A stretch of DNA of 64,000 nt from Vicugna vicugna (taxonomy: Eukaryota). A model generated the notes under the pieces. It did not search any database, was not told where the DNA came from, and saw only the letters and a list, made by a program, of their open reading frames with translations. How positions within the stretch are numbered: the stretch's first letter is position 1; each line of letters begins with the position of its first letter. A program made the translations under genes and the position numbers. Where the stretch lies: positions 2,817,111 to 2,881,110 of the forward strand of contig MU058824.1 of assembly GCA_013265495.1 (NCBI GenBank), written 5' to 3'. Positions 13,080-26,590 of this stretch are shown here, one piece after another.

Positions 13080-13420
13080 TGGTTGAGGTAAGGTTCAGCT
13101 TTGAGGAAAAGAAAAACCCTAAAAATAGTGTCTTAAGCAAGATAAAAGTTTATTCTTCTACTGCTTTTAAGTCCAGCAATAAGAAATACTGGGCTGGTAC
13201 AGCTACCACAGGATCAAGGACCCATGTTCCTTCCATCTTGCTACTCTACTGTGCATTCCCAAATTTGACTCATGGTCCTCTGTGGCTGCTGGACCTCCAG
13301 CCATTACAGCTGCATTCCAGCAAGCAAAAAGTAATAAAGAAGGGCATCTCTTCCTACTTTTAAAGGCATTTTCTTAAGGTTTACATACCATCTCTATATA
13401 TATCCCCTTGTGTGAACAGA
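13080..13420 (-). mobile_element. MaLR LTR relic (MLT1J/K-like)
   Basis: atagtgtcttaagcaagataaaagtttatt...tggctgctggacctccagccattaca...ttccagcaagc. Confidence 0.7.
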
Positions 13421-14249
13421 TATGGGACACTCTCAGGGAGTGTTCCTGAGAGTTGTTCCCTGGGGAACAACTTGGAGAGAATTTAAGAGGTGGCTGAAGA
13501 ACTAGCAGAATTCAAGTTATTATTGTTAATGTAAACTTCTTTGTATCCACAGTGAGTGAGGACTAGAGAATTAAGGAGAGTGTTTCCAGAATGTAACAAC
13601 TGGACACAGTTCTCCAACTTTGGTGCTTTGGGAGTTGGATGGGGTCATCTACTCAATGGTTTCCAAATAATGATAATAACATTAAGTTCATAGGGAGAAT
13701 TATATAAATTAAAATTTTTTTATTTGATACATTCTTCTTAAAACTAGTGCTTGCAACTGCTTGTCTACTTTTGATGAAATTTTTTTTAAAAAATAAGTGA
13801 ACAAATGGCAAATGGAGAAATGAGTATTAATGGAAAACAGAATAAAATTGCAAGTTCCACAACTTTTCCATGAGCATATGGTTTTTACTATATTTTGCAC
13901 ACATAATGCGGAGCCACATTTTCTACAGGTAAACTGTTTCTGGTTCTCAGTTGCATGATAGACTTAAATGTGTTGAGATTTCCCAGAGAACTACAAAGGG
14001 TACATTGAAGTCAGATCCTCCATCCCAGAATGGAGTTGAGGTCCACTGCTCTAGAGTAAGGCCAAGATGGGCCCTGGAATCTGAGAAGCCAAATCAAAGG
14101 ACCCCACCATCCTCTGTGACCCAAAACAGAAACCTGGGGCCACGTCACAGTTACCCTCTCCCTCACTCCCTACCTCAGTAGTCACAAGGTCTGCTCTGGC
14201 CCCCAAATTACTCCTTCTGTTCTTCCTGTGCCCTGAGAGGCAAGAGAGC

Positions 14250-14490
14250 ACATGGACTCTGGAGCTCAACTCCCTGTTGCAAATCTTGGCTTGATTTAGT
14301 AGCTTTGTGACCTTGGACCAGTGTCTTAACTGCTCTACACCTCAGTTTTCACATCAGTGAAATGGGGATAATAATAGCACTCAGCACTGAGGACTGTAAA
14401 GGGTAAAGGCATCCATGGACCTGAAGCAACTGAAACAATGCCTGGCACAAAGGAGCCATGTGAGTGTCAGCAGTTCTCACTATCACCGTG
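14250..14490 (+). mobile_element. MIR
   Basis: gctttgtgaccttggac...cctcagttttcacatcagtgaaatggggataataatagcac...tgcctggcaca. Confidence 0.85.
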
Positions 14491-15149
14491 GCCACCAGCT
14501 TAAACAAGGCCTCCCGGAAGCCACTGACCATCTCCTCAAGGTCAAGGTCCAAACCACCAGACAGCAAGTGCCCAAAGCCCTGAACCCTTCACTCACTCAT
14601 TCATAAACCTCTAGGGGCTTCTTGTGAATCACAGAATTAAGTAGAAACTTCTAATCATCCCATTCAATGCCCTTTATGAGATGGAGCTCAACAGATGTCT
14701 AAGGAGGGAGGAAGAGGATAGCATAAAAGAATGCAGGAAAGAAAGGAAAAGATGAACTAGAAAATTCTATCATCAGCTCTGCTTATCGGCTACCATCCTG
14801 AATAAGTGGTCAAGTTGCCAAATTATCTGTTGGCATAAGTTTGTTCCACATCAATTGTTTGAGTAAATGGGTTATCTCAGGAGAATCTATTCCCTGTGCA
14901 CATCAAAATCTAGACTATAAATGTGGGTTAATGTCAAAAGTAACTTACTACTCTGAGACAGGCATTTGGGGATTTGTCTGTAACTGTCCCAGGAGGACAC
15001 AGCTCTGCAGATCCCCCAGGTATTCAGTGCCCTTAACTAGTCACTGGCTGAACAAGACCAACATATTGCGACTTGGAGAAGGCAGAGACAACACAGAATT
15101 TAGCTATAATTGCTCTTCTAAGCAAATCAGAGGCACCCATGGATAAGGA

Positions 15150-15236
15150 GACAAAATGTCCCAGTTTTAACAGAGAAGGCCCTGCATCTCAGGAAATCCT
15201 TCAGTCCTGGGCAAATCAGGGTGGTTGGTCCCCTTA
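15150..15236. mobile_element. hAT-Blackjack MITE fragment (MER81/MER94-like)
   Basis: cagtcctgggcaaatcagggtggttggtcccctta matches the reverse of the tagggtgaccaaccgtcc... terminus. Confidence 0.6.
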
Positions 15237-16069
15237 TGGGCCCAGCATCAATGGATGTGGACTGGTTTTCAGAATTCCACATTTGCGCTGAGAAGACACC
15301 AAAAAAATCAAAATTTTTGAGGACTTGTTGCCCAGAGCTTCTGGGGAACTGGCTACTTCTAACAAGGAACCCCAGAGCTCCAGCACCTCCTTTTTCTAGA
15401 AAACAAAATATGGCTCAGTCATTCCATTAATCATCTATTTTGTTCCCCATGCCTCCTCTGCCCCTCACCAGGCCCACCTATTCTCCCTGCCTAGTGTCCA
15501 GATCCATGATAGGCATGGGGTACCAAGGGGAATCAGAACTGGGACTACCACCCCATCCAAAACTCACCACCGCAACCCAGTGTGGGAGGAGTAGAAGGAA
15601 CTTAGTGGAGGGGCACTTCCCAGAGGAGAGGATACCCCAGCAAGGCTGGCAGGGGTTATCCCCTGAGGGGAAGGAGGGGTATCCCAGGAAGAGTGCAGGC
15701 AGGTATAAAAGCCTGGATGGGAGAGTGCTCATGGATCATTTAACATGAGTGGGGCAGAAATGCAAGGAGAGGAGTCGGAAGAAAAGACCAGAGACCCCAT
15801 GGAGGGAGGAGAAGAGGAGAAGAAGGACAGTGCCTAGGGAGGGCAGACTGGGTCCCAGCAGCATTCTGGTGGTCCTCAGGGCTGAACTTGATCCCAAGTC
15901 AGCCTCATCACAAGGCTGCCAGAAACAGCATACTAAACAAGAGCAAGGCCAGTCATCCCTTAGTACCAAGGGGGAAACTGAGGCCCAGAGAGAGGTGGAG
16001 ACTCACCCAAGGTCACATTGCTGCAAAAGCAGCGTGGACACCAGAACCTCAGCCCCATAGGTAATGATC

Positions 16070-16368
16070 TGATTATCAGGTCAAATCATTCCTCGCATTT
16101 CTCCATGGCCCATGAGTTAAGAGTTGTTTTTACATTTTTAACAGGCTGTGAAAGGAAGAAAGGAAGAGAGAAAAGAAAGAAAGAAAAAGAGAAAGAAAGA
16201 AAGAAAGAAAGAAAGGGAGGGAGGGAGAAAGAGAGAAAGAGAGGGAGGAAGGAAGGAAGGAAGGAAGGCAAGAAAATCACAAGGAAGGCTATGTGACAGA
16301 GACTATATATGGCCTGCAAGACCTAAAATACTACCTAGCCCTTTATAGAAATTTTGCTGATTTCTGCT
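16070..16368. mobile_element. MER58-family MITE with internal GA-rich microsatellite
   Basis: gttaagagttgtttttacattttta...tatgtgacagagactatatatggcctgcaagacctaaaata...ccctttatagaaa. Confidence 0.75.
16150..16275 (+). repeat. Compound (GAAA)n/(GGGA)n/(GGAA)n polypurine microsatellite
   Basis: Seen directly; produces spurious K/R/E-rich ORFs. Confidence 0.95.
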
Positions 16369-16799
16369 TTTTTGGATCTGTTTTTCTTCCCCACTAGCGT
16401 TCATAGAATTCTCTGGAACTCTGTGGCATAAGTAGGATTTCTCACAACTGTGCAATCAATGTTTAATTCTCTCTCTTCCACTGTCCTGTGGCTCCGGGAC
16501 ACTCCTAGATACTAGGACGTAGCAGATCTTCAGTCTGAATGAATGAAGTCTGGGCTCCTTGTATCCCCATAGCCTGTACACACACCACTTAGGCTGAACA
16601 ATTACTTTTGTACAATGGAGGCTGTAACCAAATGCGTATTTTATCCAATTAACCATCACTGAGGGCTTTATTAGGACAAAATTCCATGCTAGGCTGGTGC
16701 TCAGGGCTGGCTCTGCTCACCAGGAGCTCACAGTCGAATAAGAAAGATCAGACATGAACACAAATAACCATAATACAAGCTAGACCATACAGAAAGATA

Positions 16800-17970
16800 G
16801 AAAAAGGTAGAGAAAGTGAAATGCACACATAAAAGAAAGAAGCAATTAAACATGAACAGAATTAACATACCACTAGATAAATGGTCAAAACCAGGAAAAG
16901 ATAATTCACAAAAGGGAATATACTCTAATAAAACAAATATATGGGGAAATCTTCAGCCTTACTAGTAGGCAGAAGAATGCTAATAAAAATTACAGAGGTA
17001 TCTTTTTACGATTATTAAAATAGTAAAAAATCAATTTCAAGTCATAATGCACAATGTTCTCAATGGTACAATGAAATGGCTCTCTCACACAATGGGAGTG
17101 AAATTGAATACCTCTTTGAAATCAATTTGGTAATAATATCATATATAAAAATGTATGAACTTTATGATCCAGTCATCCCACTTCTAAGAATTGGACCAAA
17201 GGAAATAATTCAAAATAAGGAAAAGTTTATATGCTAATACACGCAATGACTGCTGTAGCAGTTATTCGAAGGCAGTATAAAATCTCACCATGGGATTCTC
17301 TTCCCAGGGTCCCTTTTCTACATCAGCTCACTGGTTATTCAAGGATGACCCACATTAGCAGAACGTGGCTCTGTCCCTAATGACATGGTGCAGTCTGCTC
17401 CTGAGAAGGAGGGACCAGTCTCTGAGGGGTGAGTGGATTGTCACATGTAAAGCTTGGGCTTGGTGAGTGGGTGTCTTCTGCCATATGGACAAGAAAATCA
17501 GAGGAAGCAGATCAACTGGGGGAGGGAGAAAAGAATGAAGTCAACACAGACACAAGATAATACCAACAGCATTTGCATCCCTGTTCCAGGGGTCCCCAAG
17601 GCCCAGCCAAAGCTTCCACTTGGCTTCTGTAAGATGCCCTAGTATCCCCTGCATAAAGATCCCTTTTCTGCTGAGGCTCATTTAGGTTGAGTTTCTGTCA
17701 CTTGGAACCAAAAGATTACTAAAACACAATGGAATGATGCATAACCATAAAAGATTGTGATGAAGACTATGGAAGCAACATCCTTGACCTAACAAGGATA
17801 AAAAAAGAAATCAGCTACAACATTACAGGCCTGTTACATATTCAAAACACATGGACAGAAAAACTAGAAAGGAATACATAAAAATGATAAAAAGTGGTAC
17901 CAGCAGTGCGATATGAAAGGATTATTTTCTCTATTCCCATAATGCTGCATCGCTTTTCTTAAACTTAAGA
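16800..17970 (+). mobile_element. L1ME-like fragments interrupted by an MLT1-type LTR (~17270-17725)
   Basis: atgatccagtcatcccacttctaaga (L1); gagtttctgtcacttggaaccaaaaga (MLT1 3' end). Confidence 0.6.
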
Positions 17971-18525
17971 AAAAATTCTCAGTGAAGAGATGAGTCAGAG
18001 ACCAAAACAGCTGTGATGCTGAGTGAAACAGTGCTTGGTGCTCAGACGGAGGGCAGATACAGAGCCATGGGACCCCAAGGAAGGATAGTTTTTATTACCT
18101 CCACTGGACGGATCAGAGAAAAAGCCACAAAGGAAGCAGATTTCAAATGGGCTTTCAGCAACAAGAACATGAATGAGGAGCAAGGTAACCAGGCAAGGAA
18201 GGAAACTGAGATGGAGAGAAAGAGAAACAAAAGCTTGGAGGTGGGAGGGCACCATGTTTGGGGATAGATGAGCCATTCCCTGTGGCAAGAACAGAAGGAC
18301 CAAGTGAAAATCAATAGGAAATCAAGCTACATTGCAGAGGTTTTAAACTTGTGACCTTCATGCCACATTGGCCCAGTTGTTTTTCATTCATTCAGCATAG
18401 TTGACATGTTTCTAAATTAGTTGCTACGCCTCTCATCTCTAATCCTACTCCTCTGAATTCTGCATTGTGATGCACACCTGGGACTGCTCTTGTTCAGCCG
18501 GGCCAACTGGTGCCTTCTTAGCCTC

Positions 18526-18543
18526 TGCCAGTAGGGGGCACTG
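18526..18543 (+). promoter_or_regulatory. Strong CTCF core motif
   Basis: TGCCAGTAGGGGGCACTG matches CCASYAGRKGGCRS at all positions. Confidence 0.65.
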
Positions 18544-18589
18544 GAGTGAGGAAGACCACAAAGTGGAGGAGAAAGGGAATACACACTGC

Positions 18590-19250
18590 AGTGGGTAGAA
18601 TTTGCTGATTTGGCTTAAACTTATACGGTTGACTGTTCATATACTATATGATCCACCAGTCCCACTCCACGGTATGTCTTTGAGAAACTCCTCCATGTGC
18701 ACTGGGAGACATGTTCAAAAATGTTTATAGCAGCATTATTTGTGATAGCAAAATATTAGAAGCAAAAGACCAATAATATGTGGCAGTCCACACAATGGAA
18801 TATTATACAGTAGTGAAATGAATTAACTATAGCTGCATGCATCAACACAGATGGATTTTAGAAGCAACACTGAGTTTAAAAAAGGATTCACAGAAGACAA
18901 TATATAGTACAATACTACTTTTATGAAGTTCAAATGCTGGTAAAAGTAAATAACATATGGCTTTGGAATATACACATATTTGCTAAAACTATTACAAAAT
19001 AGGAAGGAAATGACAAACACCAAAATCTGGGTTGTGGTCACCTGTTGGGGAGGTAAGGAGATAAGATAGGGAAGATGCACCCAGATATATGGAAGAATGC
19101 CAGGAAAGTTCCAGTTCCAAAGGTGGGTGGTGGGTCACAGGCTAATTTTACTGTCATGCTTTGCCTTGAATATATACATTGCAAATATTGTTTTGTGTGT
19201 GTGTCGACCTATATACATATACATAAAATTATATAATAAACATCTTGAAA
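18590..19250 (+). mobile_element. L1ME-like 3' end
   Basis: tatgatccaccagtcccactcc...atgtttatagcagcattatttgtgatagcaaaa...cacaatggaatattatacag. Confidence 0.8.
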
Positions 19251-21302
19251 AATTGAGTCACAAACTAGCTTGTGACCAACAAAGTGTCCTCCAGTGGCCC
19301 CTGCGGTCCCACAAACACATCAGTGGCTGAGGGCTGGGAATGGATGGAAGACAGTGGGCTGGACCTGGCCAGTGCCACGTCCAGGCATCCCACCTGTTTG
19401 CTGCATCTGCAGGCATGTACATTCCTGAAGTGAGCATGGAGAGCCCTGGCCTGGGTTTCTAGCTCTGCCTCTAATTACTGGGTGACTTTGGTCAAGCCCC
19501 CCAGCCTCAGTTTCCCCATTTGTTCAGTGGGTGGTCAGAGCAGGTGCTTGCTCAGAGCCTCTGTTCTTAGTTGACTGGCCTGGCACCTTGATGGCAAGAT
19601 CTGCTGGGAGCTCAATGGTCCGACCATCATCATTTAGTTTTCTCAAAAGTTAAATGAGGATGGAACTAGTATCTGTCTCAGGGGGTTATTGTGAAGAGTG
19701 AAGGAGATAATACTTGTAAAGTATCTAGCACAGAATCCAGAAAGAGGAAGTCTCTAGTAGATGACAACCATGGTGAGGAAGACCCAGCAGACAAGTGACC
19801 ACGACCATGCCCTAGAGAGCGTCCTCCCATATTCCGGGAGGAGACCTCTGGCCAGGCCATTTCCAGCTTTAGCTTTAGCCATTGCTGGAACTGATCATAT
19901 CTCTCTTGCATTCTCTTTGTTACCGCCTCAGCCTGACATCCAACTCCCTCCAAAGCCAAACCCCAACCTCCTGCTCTGCCTTCTCCCTCATGTCCCTGTA
20001 ACGTGGCTCATGCTCTGGATGCTTCCTCTGGCTCTTGCACCACCACCATCTCCTCTTTGAGACATCATTTCCCCAACCCTGTCTCTCCTGGGCCAAAATT
20101 CTCTTCCATTTAGGTTCAGCAGGAGTGGGCCCTCTTCCAGGAAGCCTTCTCTGACCCCTGCAGCTAGGGATGTAATCAGGCACTTGCCCCATCTCTTTGT
20201 CCCCATCTCGGGACCATAGGCTCTGCACCCCAGTGTTGTAGCTGTCTGTGTCTGCCCCAGCTAACACAGAGGCCCTGGAGAACATGGCTGTATCTGGCAG
20301 TGTCTGATTCTAGTCTGATGCACAGGTATGGATTACCGCTCCACTTCAAAAGGAGGGTGCCAATCCCATTTACCTCCCTTGTCTATAACAGGCTTGAGGG
20401 TTGCTCCATGGCTCACAGGGAACAGGGACACTCTCATGCTTCCTGCAATAAAGCTCATTTGTCCATACACATCCATGGTCAGCAAGAAGCCCCTCCACCT
20501 CCCTTGGATGGTACAAGAAGCCCCCAGGCTTACACAGTCCAGATCTCAGAGTCACTCGTTGTCCTACTCCCCTCTGCCCCAAGAAAAGCCTTCCGGGGGT
20601 CTCTGCTGAGGCACCCAGGGTTCCTGGGCTCCCACACAGCCACTCCCACCCAGTCCACCCCCAACCAGGACCCACGTTGTGGTGAGGTTAGGCCTCTCCA
20701 TGCAATTAGGAACCCACCACACCACTATAGAAGGTGGAGGAAGGGGGAGGGAGAACAGGCAGGCAGTGTACCTTTACCAACCCCCAGAGCACAAAGCCTC
20801 ATGCCCTCTCCTCAGACCTGCCCCCTTCCAGGGTAACCAACCCCATTCAAGGAGGGCCTTGGTTCTCCTCCATGAAGCCAATTCTCCACACTGGCCAGAG
20901 GTTACCAGAAAACCTTCTTCCCTCCCTCAACAAAAGATTAAACAAAATTAAATGCCCAGACCTTTAGAAAAACAGGCAGATTCCTCCCTGAGTCGAAAGA
21001 TATGCAGGGCTATGATAAAGCCTGGGGAGAAAATGCTTTTGTTTCTTCTGGAAAGCCCACAAAAGTCAACAAGACATCAATTAATTTCTCAATAATTTTG
21101 TCATTGCATATCCAGTGTCAGCCAAGATCCAACCTAGCCAACTTTAAAAGAATAATTCTTATCTTCCCCATTCCATAAAATACAAGCTAACAGGATAGAA
21201 AGCTGCACACAGCAGGTAAGTAACGGTCTTCAGGGTGGCAGGAAAAAGTCTGTCTCATCGGTGAGAGAGCTTTTGAAATGCATCCTGTTTCCCCCTGAGC
21301 TC

Positions 21303-21750
21303 TGTGGTTGGCCGAGGAATGACCCTGAAGATATATAGGTCCTCATCCCTGGCACATGGGAATGTCACCTGATACGGCAAAAGGGGCTTCACAGATGTGA
21401 TTAAGTTTAAGGTGTTGATTTGGGGAGATTATCCTGGATTTCCAGGTGGACCCTAAATACGATCACAAGGGACCTTATAAGAGAGAAGCAGAGGGAGATT
21501 TGACGCAGACCAGGAAAAGGCACTGTGACCACGGAGTTAGAGGTTGGAGTAATGCAGCCACAAGCCAAGAAATGCTCATAAACACCTGAAGCTGGAAAAG
21601 GCAAGGAGAGGGAGCGTCCGCTGGAGCCTCCTGAAGGGATGGGAGTTAGCGCTGTGAGACTCAACTTAGATTTCTGACCTCCAGAACTCTAAGAACGTAA
21701 GTTTCTATTTTTCAGGCGATTTGTTAGAGTAGCCACAGAAGACTAAGATA
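21303..21750 (+). mobile_element. Solo MaLR LTR (MLT1B/C-like)
   Basis: gggagattatcctggatttccaggtggaccctaaat...gaagctggaaaaggcaagga; near-TSD AGCTC/AGGTC. Confidence 0.9.
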
Positions 21751-22529
21751 AGGTCTGCCTGCCAGGGACCTGATCTCAGTGGCAGCAACCTTCTTAGCCT
21801 CCGAGGCCTGGATAACTAGTTCCCCCCGACTGACCTATAGGGTATAAAGAATCTGTATCTAGGAAGAAGGAAAGAAGTGAAACTAAATAGGTTAACTGAG
21901 GCCAGGTCATGGGAGACCTTAAATGACAAGGAAAGACGCTAGTCCTTACCCTGAAGATTCTGGGAAACCACAGAGGGTTTGGAGTAGGGAAACAGTGAGA
22001 ATAGATTTTTTTTAATACACCTCAGTTTGGTAGAGAAGGAAATGAGATGTACAAAACCACATGCCAGGATATGGGGAAGAGGTGGTTGCAATAACACAGG
22101 AAAAAGATGAAGATGAATGGAGCCCAGAAAAGAGGTCAGGTGGAGGGATGCCCACGAAGGCCTTAAATATGGCAGAGAAAGTGAAGAGAAGAGAAGCAGA
22201 AGGAGAGCAGGTAATTTCCAAGAAGGACAATCCAGCTTCCGTCCTGTTTAGATGACATATATCAAGAAAAAAGAAGCCATTTGATCACACCTCCCTGGAT
22301 ATGTTTTTAAATGGCAAAGCCAACCAACATAATTCACTTAAAAAGAGAAACTCTGAAATTCCAAGAAGACCGGCATGATCCTGGCCGGTCCAATGACCAG
22401 TGAAAGCCAGCTTGCACACTCACTTTGAGCCAAATTTTGAAGAGCATCCAGCTGCATTTCACATGGGCCTTGTGTGATCAGTCCAACCACGCAGACAGGG
22501 GGCTTTTACAAGGGAAGTGCCTGGGAAAG

Positions 22530-22990
22530 AGGCATGTCCTTCAGGCTGGGAGGTAGGAGCTCTTGGGTTCAGTCTTGGCTCTGCCACTGGCTGTGTGGCC
22601 TCAGGCAAGTCCTTGCCCCTCTCTGTCTCGCCCAAGATCAGCAGTGTTAAAACTGAGTGGCAGGGCTCTTGAATTCTGAAGAGATGCCCAAGGGCCATAT
22701 ATCCTGGCTACGGGTAGGAGTCCCTCTTCTGCCCTAAGGAGGGCTGGCCATTTGTTCTCTTCGTTTGGCTGACATTTATTGACCATCATTATCTGCCAAG
22801 CACTGTCCTAAGGCCTTACTTACATTGTAGTAAGGCCTTACTTACAGTGCTCGTTTGGCAGATGAGGAAACTGAGGCAAAAGAGATGAAATGGCTTGTTC
22901 AAGAATGCAGAGCTGAGAGAGGACACAGCTGGGATGTGAACACACACAGTCTGGCTCCAGGGCCTGTGGTTTCAGACACTTGTTTCATGT
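22530..22990. mobile_element. Two MIR fragments in opposite orientation
   Basis: ctctgccactggctgtgtggcctcaggcaagt (+) and cagatgaggaaactgaggca (-). Confidence 0.8.
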
Positions 22991-25159
22991 GCTGGGTGAT
23001 GTGCTCTCCCTCCTTTGTGCTCCCCGAGCCCCAGGTTGTCCTCCACTCCTCTAGCACACTGTCCACTCGGCTCTAGGTTGATCTGTCAGACTCTCCCTGG
23101 CCACACTGGGCGGTGGGGGGGGGGGAGGCTGAGGGTCAGAACTGTGTCAGGTTTATCTCTGTCCCCCACAGCACAGCCTGGCCATGGGCTTGGCTCTTGA
23201 TGACCGTTACTGTGGGGCTGTTGAATAAAGGTTTAGAGTCAGAGGGAGCCCAGCAATGAACTGGGTCCTCTGCCTATTCACTGGGCACCAACTCTGTGCC
23301 AGACCCTCCACTAGCACTGTGGATACAGAGAGGAATCCAACCAGGCCCCTGACCTCCGGAAGCCTGGCCTGGCCACACAGACAGATCTGGAAGCTGATAA
23401 CAGAAGCCCTGTACGCTATTGTCTAGTGTCACCCAGACAAACCCTGCTTCACACTGGGGGAAATAATAATGAAAATCACACAAAAACTGCCTCTGCCCCT
23501 GACAGCAATCACACCCACCCCTAGACTCGGAGCCTAGCTGGTCGTGGGGGAGGGCAGGCAGAAGGCGACACTGGCAAGCCTGCCCCTCTCTCCTCTGCCA
23601 CAAAGGGCACTTCCTTCCCTCATTCAGCCAGACATAACTGAGCAGTGTCGCGGCTGGCCCCGGAGGGCGCAGACAAGATGGATCAGACACAGTCCCTGCC
23701 CTTGGGGATTTCACAGGCCAGTGAGCATGGTGAGCTGCAGGCACAGAACCGCCCCGCTGGCACGCAGAAGTCAGACACTGCAAAGCACCGCCAGGTGCCA
23801 GGTGAGGGGGACAGATTAGTGGATCATAACAGCTAAACACACATTTAACTAAACCTTAATTTTATGGTACAGAAATTGTGTGCCACAGTGGGGAGGGGGC
23901 TTGCCCATGATCACACAGAGGTCAGTGGCAGAACCAGGACAGAAACTCAAACATTCTTTCCTTCTTCACACCCTACCTCTTTCCCCAGAGTGGAAGGTAG
24001 AAATCTTGAAGATTTAACACCTGCTCTCCACCTGAGATTTAGGAAATAACAGAAAAAAGAGCTCCACTCTCCCATTTCCGACACCCAGCCCCTAGCCCCA
24101 CATGGACAACAGCCACTGCTCTCACACCCAGCCTAGACCAGAGCCTGCCTGGGGACCTGGCCCTGGATCTTCACACCTGCTCCCACAGCCCCAGGGGCTT
24201 GTCACCTGCTCAGGTGCTAGCTGTTCCCAACCTACACTGGGAGGCACTTCTGTCCAGGGCAGGAATCTTGGTGAAGGGGAGGAGAAGGGTATGGGGACTC
24301 CCACCTGCTGAGCACCTACCAGGTGCCAGGGGTAGTGCTATGACCTTCCCGCGTGTTGTCTCCACTCACCCTCACGACTCTCACCTGGGTCGGTGAGATG
24401 ACCAAATCTTTCAGATAAGGAGACTCAGGCTCAAAGAGGGGGTGCAGAGGTCACCACTGGCCAGTCACCAAGCTGTGCAAGCCAGAAGGGGGCTCACCAT
24501 CCCCATAAGGACCTATGGACTCACCATCCATTTGTGAACCCATTTCCTGTAGCTTCGTTCCAATAGTCATCGCTGGGCTTCCTACACCAAGTGCAGGACT
24601 CCAGGTTCACAAAGCACATTCTCATCAGGAGCCTCTCTGAGCCCTGAAGGAGGAGGGGAGAGGTCAGCCTCTCATTTCACAGATGAGAAAGCTGGGACCC
24701 AAGAGCCAGTATGTGGCTGAGCTGATGCCAGGACCCAGGTCTCCCAGGTCAGAGTTCTCTGAGAAACCTAAGTCCAAAGTTAGTTTTTGCCAGGAATTAT
24801 TTTGGGGTTCACTGAGATACCTGAGTTGAGATATCAGGAAAGGAGAAAACTGCCAACAGTTTTCCACCAAGGAGAGGAGGTAGTGGGAACATCAAGCAAG
24901 GTTCAAGGTGGGTCAGGGATTCCAGACAGAGACACATGTCTGGTCCCTCGGCCCTGACTCACACCACTGCCCAGACCCAGTCGTTCAGGACCATGGCTGT
25001 CCCCAGATGGAGCCAGCATCACCCCCTAAATGGGCCCCATTCTCAGCCCCCTTTGAAATGCAGGTAGATGCTATGGTGGGTTGAGGGGGGCTGGGCATAA
25101 GCCAATAGTGGGAGAGTTTTGCCAGTGTGTTGAGGCATCAAGAGGGGCTCCCAGAAGCA

Positions 25160-25370
25160 GTGTGTAGTCAGCAAGAGCATGGGCTCTGGAGGCAGAAGGA
25201 ATGTAACCCCAGGTGAGCAGCTTAGCACTCCTGAACCTCAGTCTACCTATCTGTAAGATAGGGATGATGATAGACAGCACAGCCGAATGGCTGTGAGGGC
25301 TACTGAGTTAATGCATGTAAAGCACTAAGCATGGTGTCCGGTGAGCAGGGAGAACTCAGGACAAAACAAC
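25160..25370 (+). mobile_element. MIR
   Basis: cctcagtctacctatctgtaagatagggatgatgata...tgagttaatgcatgtaaagcact. Confidence 0.8.
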
Positions 25371-26169
25371 AACAAAAAGCTGCTGGGAATAGTATCAGCA
25401 GCAGCATGAGTGGTAGCAACAGTGGTATCCCCAGAGTGGATAGAGGTTTCAGACTGGGCCTTGGGGCTCTGAGGAGCTACCCCAGAGCTCAGGGGTCACT
25501 AGATAAGGTGGAATCAGGCAGGGTTATTCCTAAAAGGGAGCAGAGCCTGGGGCAATTCAACCAATGCAGAAGCTACCTTATCAAGTCTGTAAGTAATGAA
25601 TGTCATAAAAAGGTTGGTGCTTAAAGGTGTCAGTCTTAACACAGTACAGTCAGCAGTGCCCCATGGCACCCCACCCCCTTCCCCCAGGGGTGTAGCAAAG
25701 TACCAAAGATTTTTGCTCATACTCTGTTCCCAGTATCTAGCACAGAGCCAGCCACCTAGTAGGCCCTTAATAATTTTTATTGGATGAGACATCAGGCATA
25801 GCTCTGACTCCAGTCAAAGGCAAGGCACTCTTTTCTGTTTTACATAACAGTATTCCATGTAGATTTTCCTTTGAACAAAAAGGGTTTTTTAAAAACAAAA
25901 TTGAAATCCAATGACCTAGCTCATGCTCCACCTTTTACAGAAGGAAAAACCAAGGCACAGGAAGTCAGAAGGACTTGCCCAAAGGCACACAGCTCAGCAG
26001 TGCAGTCATTGAGTTCCCACAGACTCAGGCTTTCTTCTCCACCCTGTTAGGTCATCTTTCAGGATGGGGCCAAGAGCAGGGCTGGGCTGGGCGCTGCTGG
26101 AGCTGAAGCCTTTGGGTGCCTGGTGCCAGAAATGCATCCTATCACTGGAAACAGACTCTGTGAGCAGTA

Positions 26170-26590
26170 AGAGGTGCCACCCAAGATTTATGCACCAGGA
26201 TGTTTATCATCATGTTATTTATAATATTGAAAAATTGGAAACAACCTCGAAATAGGTTAATAAATTATGCCACAATCTTTCAATGGAGTATAATGCAGCT
26301 ACCTAAATTCATCTCTTTGGAGACTGTTACATGGTAAGTTGGAATCAAGGCAAGATACAAATCTCTAATCCTGACACTGATTTTTGAAAATACATATATA
26401 CCAAAAAGGAAAAAAGGCTTGTTGGAAATACATCCTAATGTGAAGAATGGTTATTTCTGGGGAAGTTGGAAGGTGGTAGTTAATAGGTGATTTTTTTCTT
26501 CTACGTATTTTTCTACAATGAACATGTATTTTCCAAATTTTCTACAATAAACATGTATTATCTTTAGAATCAGAAAGGAAAAAAAAATTA
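26170..26590 (+). mobile_element. L1ME-like 3' end
   Basis: aaaaattggaaacaacct...caatggagtataatgcagct...ttttctacaataaacatgtatta. Confidence 0.7.

Noticed and set aside
13451..13472. 10-bp-arm inverted repeat AGTTGTTCCC/GGGAACAACT
   Set aside because: Too short for a pre-miRNA or MITE; no other support
16018..16348. K/R/E-rich ORFs
   Set aside because: Translation of a GA-rich microsatellite
19288..19312. Second CTCF-like site on -
   Set aside because: Several mismatches to the core consensus
20300..23840. 178-aa and 188-aa ORFs
   Set aside because: No recognisable homology or splice structure; they partly overlap L2/MIR relics; such lengths occur by chance in GC-rich DNA
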